A DNA stretch of 64,000 nt from Vulcanimicrobiota bacterium. GTDB lineage: Bacteria > Vulcanimicrobiota > Vulcanimicrobiia > Vulcanimicrobiales > Vulcanimicrobiaceae. The position numbers and the translations under genes were made by a program. A model generated the notes under the pieces. The model was not told the origin of the DNA and did no database searches. It saw nothing but the letters and a program-made list of their open reading frames with translations. This document shows, one piece after another, positions 58,891-64,000 of this stretch. The stretch covers positions 19,094-83,093 of the forward strand of contig OY970223.1 in NCBI GenBank assembly GCA_963714015.1, in the 5' to 3' direction. How positions within the stretch are numbered: the first letter of the stretch is position 1; every line of letters starts with the position of its first letter.

Positions 58891-59069
58891 CGATAGGCGC
58901 CTAAATCGGTCACGGCAAGGGCCACTTGCACTACGTCGGCGACACGCACGGAACGTTACTCAGGACGCCGCGCGGCCGTTGTAGCGTCCGTGATGTTTAT
59001 ACGGTACTCCGAGCTGACTCATGAACGCCTCATAGCGCGTCCACATTCTAGACGGGCATACCCCGCGGT

Positions 59070-60860
59070 TCATATTCCGGCGTGGCGAAGCGAGTCGAGG
59101 ACTTCGCGCATTAACGCTGCATCGTGCTTGAGCAGAACGTTTTCCGCGTGCATTTCGCTGAGTTCGCTGGAAAGCGCGGCGGCACGGATATGTTCGTATG
59201 CGCCTGCGGCAGCCTGACAGAGTTGCTCGAGCACGCGTTTCTCGTCACCGTCGATCGCCTCGCCGCCGGCGTGGCCGCCGTACAATACGAAGCCGCAGAG
59301 CCGGTGACGTACGATGAGCGGTACAGCCAAAAGCGGATGCTCCAGGCCGGCGGGCAGGCTGTCCGTTCGAAGGTCCGCTATCGCGATCGTTTGCAGTTCC
59401 GCGCGAAGCGTGAGTGCGAGACGATCCCCGGATGAAAACGATTGCGCATCGCCGTGCGCCCATCCGCGCGAGCAGACGCGTTCGAACCGTCCGGCCGTAA
59501 CCTCACGGAAAACTGCCGCCGATGCGAGCGAGAAAGCGTCCGCGGCCTCATCCACCAGCGTTTGGTCGACGAACGCCGCAGTTTCGGCATGCGAGAGAGC
59601 GCGCGCCTCACGCTGGACGCGCGCTTCGGCTAAGTGCCGCCGGCGGAACAGCACGCGATCGACGAACCGATCGACGCGCGCGTGAAGCGTATTGAGCCAG
59701 ACACCAAACGCGAGCGCCACAACTGCCTCGAGCACCAGTGCGATTTGCAGATGCTCCAAAAATCTGGATGAAAGAAAATCAACGAGCGCAAACGCGCCGA
59801 CAACGATACCGGTGAGTATCGAGTACACGACTGTCCGACTGACCGCAAACGACACATCAATGACGCGGTGGCGCACGATACCGTAAGCAACTGCCGCAGC
59901 GAGTGCGATCATAGCTAGCGCCATCATCGCGCACAATGAAAACATCACGGCTTGCTCCGTCACGGCGGCGCGCGTAATCTGATATAGCATGCGAGATGCG
60001 ACGAAAAGCGCGTACGCCGCGAGCACCGGAATGATGCGCTGCCGTTCGCTGCCGACGGATGCATACGCTGACATCGCAAGCACGCAAATTGCGACGATCG
60101 TCAGCGCGATGTCAAGGTAGATTTGGTAGACCGCGACGGCTAGCGCAAGCGGCGGGACGGGGCCAAGCAAGGCAAGCGTTACATAAATCGTCTCGAGTGC
60201 TACCGCGGCGCCGATGGCCGGCGCGGCGCGGTCCAGTGCTGCAATCGCGCCGCGCGGCCGGTCGTACGGAAAACGGCAGACGAAGATGATGATTCCGGCC
60301 GCGGATAATCCGCGAATCAGATCGACGGCAACATTCGCCAGCAAATATGCGCCCACACCGCGGTGTCCGTAATCGAAGGCTGCTGCCTGCGGAAGTGCAA
60401 AGACCAGCGTGGAAAGCAAAAATGCCCACGTCATGCGCGATGGCCGCAAGTACACGAGCGCGAGCGCGAAGAGCGCAAACAGTTGACCGACAAGATGCGA
60501 GATGTGCTGCACCGCGTTTACCGCGGGGTCCCACGCACGCGCCGGAACGGAAATTGTGCGTGTTTCGCTGCCCGGGTGCGCGATACTGAACGTGAGGCGC
60601 TGCCCTTGACGCAGCTGCTGCACGAGCACGGCGTTCGCGCGGCCCATTACCGGCAAACGCAACCAATCGATTTTGTCGCCCGCCCGCACGCCGGCGTCCG
60701 CAATTGCGCCGCGGCGCGTCACATACGAGACGGTCGTGGCATCGCTCCCGACATTCCAGCCGAGCGGGCCGTATGCGACGTTCCAAGTGCCGAGCTCAAC
60801 GGCAATGCACAACCCAACGCAGCATGCGAACAGCGCTAAGATTGCCGATCGGATGGCCAT
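59070..60860 (-). CDS. membrane protein with a PDZ-like loop, polytopic TM region and C-terminal GAF-like domain (paralog family, copy 2)
   Basis: Likely start MAIRSAILALFACCVGL (the ORF extends to 60935). RRGAIADAGVRAGDKIDWL is PDZ-like. LHARVDRFVDRVLFRRRHLAE. GAF-like end LCGFVLYGGHAGGEAIDGDEKRVLEQL. Confidence 0.6.
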   Translation of the reverse strand: MAIRSAILALFACCVGLCIAVELGTWNVAYGPLGWNVGSDATTVSYVTRRGAIADAGVRAGDKIDWLRLPVMGRANAVLVQQLRQGQRLTFSIAHPGSETRTISVPARAWDPAVNAVQHISHLVGQLFALFALALVYLRPSRMTWAFLLSTLVFALPQAAAFDYGHRGVGAYLLANVAVDLIRGLSAAGIIIFVCRFPYDRPRGAIAALDRAAPAIGAAVALETIYVTLALLGPVPPLALAVAVYQIYLDIALTIVAICVLAMSAYASVGSERQRIIPVLAAYALFVASRMLYQITRAAVTEQAVMFSLCAMMALAMIALAAAVAYGIVRHRVIDVSFAVSRTVVYSILTGIVVGAFALVDFLSSRFLEHLQIALVLEAVVALAFGVWLNTLHARVDRFVDRVLFRRRHLAEARVQREARALSHAETAAFVDQTLVDEAADAFSLASAAVFREVTAGRFERVCSRGWAHGDAQSFSSGDRLALTLRAELQTIAIADLRTDSLPAGLEHPLLAVPLIVRHRLCGFVLYGGHAGGEAIDGDEKRVLEQLCQAAAGAYEHIRAAALSSELSEMHAENVLLKHDAALMREVLDSLRHAGI

Positions 60861-61060
60861 ACAGCACGGTATTCGGTTGCACGGGACCTCCGCCCTACGG
60901 CCAAAGGGCGGACCAGCAACCGTGGATGATTGCACCTATTTTTTGTGCTGAATAATGATCGATCTGGATTGATCGATTTGGGAACAGCCCAGTTTACTCT
61001 TTGAGACTACTTCCCTTAACGCACGGTTTTTCGTCAGTTAGGCTAGGCAGCACTAAAAGG

Positions 61061-61127
61061 GACGTAGTCTCATCTTTTAGGCGCATTTCACACGAACTAG
61101 CAGTCTTGGCGTGGATTTCACCCTAAC
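61061..61127 (+). promoter_or_regulatory. conserved leader module, copy L1 (upstream of 61209)
   Basis: GACGTAGTCTCATCTTTTAGG (61061-61081), ATTTCACACGAAC (61085-61097), ATTTCACCCTAAC (61115-61127). Boxes are 30 nt apart. Confidence 0.6.
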
Positions 61128-61208
61128 GACCGGCGCCCCACCCCGAGGACCTTTGGCCCATGTCAGCCGGCGCGATGAAAGTTCAAACGCCGACGCGAAG
61201 GCTACGTC

Positions 61209-62723
61209 ATGTGGAACCGCATGCTGCCGCTTATTTCGTGGTTCCTGGGTGCTGTGGTCGTCTCGACTCAGATCGCTAATCAGATCGCCCTCTTTGCCTA
61301 CGATGACGGCCACGTCACGCTTGCGCAGAAGTTCCTCGGCTTTTACGGCTTCACTGACGCCTTATTCGCGAGCTGCGCAATCGTGATCGCGGCGTGGCTG
61401 GTCACCGTTCGTCCGGGATGGATGACTTTCTCGCTATTCCTGGCATCGCTCAACGCCGCCGATTCCTTTTTGGGAGGTCTCCCCATATCGCCCGCGGCCA
61501 GCGATGCCATCCATTTCATCTCCACGATTCTGACGCATAACGGCTTCTGGCCGGCTCTAATTATTTTTGCTCTTCGCTTCCCCGATGACAATACGCGAGG
61601 ATGGCGAGTTCGTGCGGATCGCTTTGCGTTCGCAGTATCCATTGCCGCTGAAAGCTTTCTCATCGCAAACGAGCTCCACGAGTATCCGAAAACACTCCAC
61701 GGCAGTTTTTCGGGCGAGTCCGTGATGGCGTATTTTTCGGCGGCATGGCTGCTGATCGCCGGCGGCATCCTCATCGCCCGTTACCGGGAGGGCGCGGGGC
61801 GCACGCAAATGCAAATCCGGCTCGCTCTTTTTGGCATGGTCGCCGGCCTGTGCTATCTCGTATACGCGATGTTTCTGATCGCCGTTCGCGTCCCGGTCGT
61901 CGGCTATGGAACCGCATTTGGATTGTGGGCAGGATTCGGGTCGGCAGCCATTGCCATAATTCCGGCGTGCACGGCATATGCGCTCGTCAAAAGCAGTTAC
62001 ATCGATCCACTATTCGTCCTCAATCGAGCTACGGTATTCGCTGCGACGGCAGTCTCGCTCGGCGCGTCCATCGCCGGCGTCGATTGGCTCATTGAACATT
62101 ACCTTACAGAGACTGGAACGGCACTTGCGCTGCAGGCGATTGCGACAATCGTGCTGGCGCTCATAATGAATACGGTGCACCGGCGCATTGAGACCGTTGT
62201 GGAGCGAACCTTGTTTCGTTCGAGGTACGACGCAGCTCGATACCTGCGCCGCCTTGGCGCATCGCTGGCCCTGGCTTCGAATGAATCCATAATCGAGGAA
62301 GCCCTGGCGATTCAGGCCTCGGAATCTTTGGGGCTCGCCTCGGCAGCGTTGTTTCGCCGCAACGGCGGCAGTGAATACACCCGCGTAGCCGCCGCCGGTT
62401 GGCGTCCAACAGATGCGGGGTGCCTGGAGGCCGACGACCAGCTCGTGCGCTTTTTGCGCTCCGCGCGCTCGCCGTTGAAGATACGGGAGGCCCGCTGGTC
62501 ACGCAGCGATGTTCCCCAGGGAAGCCATGCGCCGGTGATTGCGATCCCGTTGATTGTGCGCGAGCAGATGGCGGGATTTGTGCTCTACGGCGCACATACG
62601 GATCACAGCAAGATCGATTCGGTCGAAGAGCAGCATCTGGTCGATCTCATCGATCGCGCGTGCTCCGCATTCGATCATGTAGAAAATTCGGAGCTCCGTG
62701 CATTATTAGCGACATCGCACTGA
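61209..62723 (+). CDS. polytopic membrane protein with a C-terminal GAF-like domain (paralog family, copy 3)
   Basis: 504 aa. VHRRIETVVERTLFRSRYDAA, LGLASAALFRRNGG, MAGFVLYGAHTDHSKIDSVEEQHLVDL. Confidence 0.6.
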   Translation: MWNRMLPLISWFLGAVVVSTQIANQIALFAYDDGHVTLAQKFLGFYGFTDALFASCAIVIAAWLVTVRPGWMTFSLFLASLNAADSFLGGLPISPAASDAIHFISTILTHNGFWPALIIFALRFPDDNTRGWRVRADRFAFAVSIAAESFLIANELHEYPKTLHGSFSGESVMAYFSAAWLLIAGGILIARYREGAGRTQMQIRLALFGMVAGLCYLVYAMFLIAVRVPVVGYGTAFGLWAGFGSAAIAIIPACTAYALVKSSYIDPLFVLNRATVFAATAVSLGASIAGVDWLIEHYLTETGTALALQAIATIVLALIMNTVHRRIETVVERTLFRSRYDAARYLRRLGASLALASNESIIEEALAIQASESLGLASAALFRRNGGSEYTRVAAAGWRPTDAGCLEADDQLVRFLRSARSPLKIREARWSRSDVPQGSHAPVIAIPLIVREQMAGFVLYGAHTDHSKIDSVEEQHLVDLIDRACSAFDHVENSELRALLATSH

Positions 62724-62780
62724 AACCGTAACCAGTAGGCAATCGAAGCGCTGGAATGCCGGAACGCTAGAACGCTAAAA

Positions 62781-62817
62781 CGGCGTTGTCTCACGTTTAG
62801 CGCTATTTCACTTTAAC
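62781..62817 (+). promoter_or_regulatory. conserved leader module, copy L2 (truncated, upstream of the remnant)
   Basis: CGGCGTTGTCTCACGTTTAG (62781-62800) and ATTTCACTTTAAC (62805-62817). Only one box is present. Confidence 0.5.
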
Positions 62818-62841
62818 AGCCATTCTCTCCCTACCAACCTT

Positions 62842-63424
62842 GTGAGCGCGGCACGGCTCGCGCTTGCCGCTGCAGTGCTCTACGCGGTCCTGAAGCGCCG
62901 GGTGTTCGACCTTTCGTTTGCCGTCAGCAAGACGCTGGTCTACCGATCATCACCTCGCTCGCCGTCGGCGCCTTCGTTCTTATTGCTCGAAGTGTGCGTC
63001 GCCTTGGGCTTCGGGATTTGGCTGAACGCGATGCATAACGGCATCGATCACTTCGTCGACCGCGTACTGTTCCGCCGGCGGCATCTCGCCGAGGTCACGA
63101 TCGAAACGTGCGATGCGCTGGATCTTTCGTCGGCTGCAGTATTCCGCAAAGACGGCGAACGCACTTCAAGCGATTTACTTCACTTGGATGGATTCGCAGC
63201 ACGCAGTGGCAACCGCCGGTGAGAACCTTCGTGGTTCGACATGAAGTCGAGGGCTTTTTGCTTTAGGGCGCGCACAACGGCGGCCAAGCCGTCGACCCGG
63301 ACGAGCAGCGAGTGCTCGAATGTTTGACGCAAGCCGCTGTCCCGACCGTACGAATATCTGCGCGCGAAAGCATTCCAGGGCGATGCACGCGCACTACGCG
63401 CCGAAATGCCACAGCACCGCTAGA
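62842..63424 (+). pseudogene. decayed, N-terminally truncated copy of the membrane-GAF paralog family
   Basis: Retains RRVFDLSFAVSKTLVY, (frame change) IITSLAVGAFVLIA, LEVCVALGFGIWLNAMHNGIDHFVDRVLFRRRHLAE, LDLSSAAVFRKDG, later AVDPDEQRVLECLTQAA and (frame change) PYEYLRAKAFQGDARALRAEM. Lacks the roughly 330-aa TM region and has several internal deletions. Confidence 0.7.
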
Positions 63425-63621
63425 CACGTTCTGATGTAGCGCGACCGACAGATGGTGCAGGATTTGCTTTGGTGCGGTCGAGCGATACGAGCGCACGCGA
63501 GAGACTGGATAAGAAGGGCCGGCCAAAAACGGCCGAGCCTTCAAAAAGCCCCGTGTTGCCAGATAGTTTTGGGTGTCTTGCGCCTCTATCTTGACATTTA
63601 TAGAATTACGAGGTCCTAGAA

Positions 63622-63689
63622 CGGCGTTCTCTCACCTTTTAGGAGAATTTCACTCTAACTAGCCGTTTTTGCACGCATTTCACCCTAAC
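63622..63689 (+). promoter_or_regulatory. conserved leader module, copy L3 (upstream of 63757), with a candidate promoter just upstream
   Basis: CGGCGTTCTCTCACCTTTTAGG (63622-63643), ATTTCACTCTAAC (63647-63659), ATTTCACCCTAAC (63677-63689). Candidate promoter TTGCGC (63578-63583)-17 nt-TAGAAT (63601-63606) would start transcription at the module edge. Confidence 0.55.
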
Positions 63690-63756
63690 TGCGTTTTTTT
63701 CACGTTGCCAGTCAAGAAAATAGGGCTCCCGAACCCGCCACGTCGAAAACCCTTAA

Positions 63757-64000
63757 ATGCGGCCAAGGCATATCGCTGCCGTTTTCTGCGCGGCCATTGC
63801 GCTGATTTTTGTCCTCGCCATAGGGGCGAGTCTTCCCCAGGCGAGCGCCGGTATAAGACTGGGGATTTCACAGCGGGTCGCGCCCGATCATTTCCGCATT
63901 TCCCAGCTTCCACGGGGTAGCACCTCGGGCGCACGAGTAGGCGACGTTCTCGATACGCGGGCGCTCACCGTCGAACAGCGTTCGCGCTATTGGAACGGAG
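63757..64000 (+). CDS. 5' part of a further membrane/PDZ-like/GAF family paralog (runs off the window end)
   Basis: Open frame from ATG 63757: MRPRHIAAVFCAAIALIFVLAIGASLPQASAGIRLGISQRVAPDHFRISQLPRGSTSGARVGDVLDTRALTVEQRSRYWNG. The layout resembles the N-terminus of 59070..60860 (TM helix then a GxRxGDxI/L PDZ-like stretch). Not in the ORF track because there is no stop. Confidence 0.55.
   Translation, partial: MRPRHIAAVFCAAIALIFVLAIGASLPQASAGIRLGISQRVAPDHFRISQLPRGSTSGARVGDVLDTRALTVEQRSRYWNG

Noticed and set aside
61115-61127. CCCTAA(C) inside the leader boxes resembles a telomere-type repeat.
   Set aside because: These are single occurrences embedded in a longer conserved box, not tandemly repeated. 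The resemblance is a coincidence of a short motif.

Overview
GC-rich (not computed, by eye well above 55%) chromosomal segment of a diderm bacterium, densely coding on both strands. I support about 55 protein genes and one tRNA-Thr. I found no rRNA, CRISPR array, transposase, integrase or phage genes. Housekeeping content: the rpsR-rplI-lon-dnaB-VOC operon, korAB (2-oxoacid:ferredoxin oxidoreductase), a gamma-carbonic-anhydrase-like protein and a glutamine synthetase. Envelope and efflux content: a MacAB-like ABC efflux operon, an RND efflux pair next to a penicillin-acylase-family gene, a porin, two DUF2079 membrane proteins and several secreted glycoside-hydrolase-like, NHL or beta-propeller proteins. 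Signalling and regulation: PAS-GGDEF-EAL, GAF-PP2C-HATPase, class III cyclase-NB-ARC-TPR, an ECF42-type sigma operon, Crp, PadR and three TetR regulators with clear palindromic operators. Three things stand out. (1) About eleven conserved genes are broken by 1-nt indels, and at least six of the extra bases sit exactly between AG and CT of would-be CAGCTG/GAGCTC/CAGCTC sites. This is most likely a motif-specific sequencing artefact implying AGCT modification, but it deserves checking. (2) At 59-64 kb lies an array of paralogous polytopic-membrane plus GAF-like proteins (a further copy at 49.7 kb, one decayed remnant), with a conserved non-coding leader carrying ATTTCACyyTAAC boxes spaced 30 nt. 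(3) At 52-57 kb three SDR genes are broken: one has two nonsense codons and a deletion, one has two frameshifts, and one has a single frameshift that may be an artefact. They flank a ceruloplasmin-like two-domain multicopper oxidase. All family calls come from reading the translations. No database search was run.
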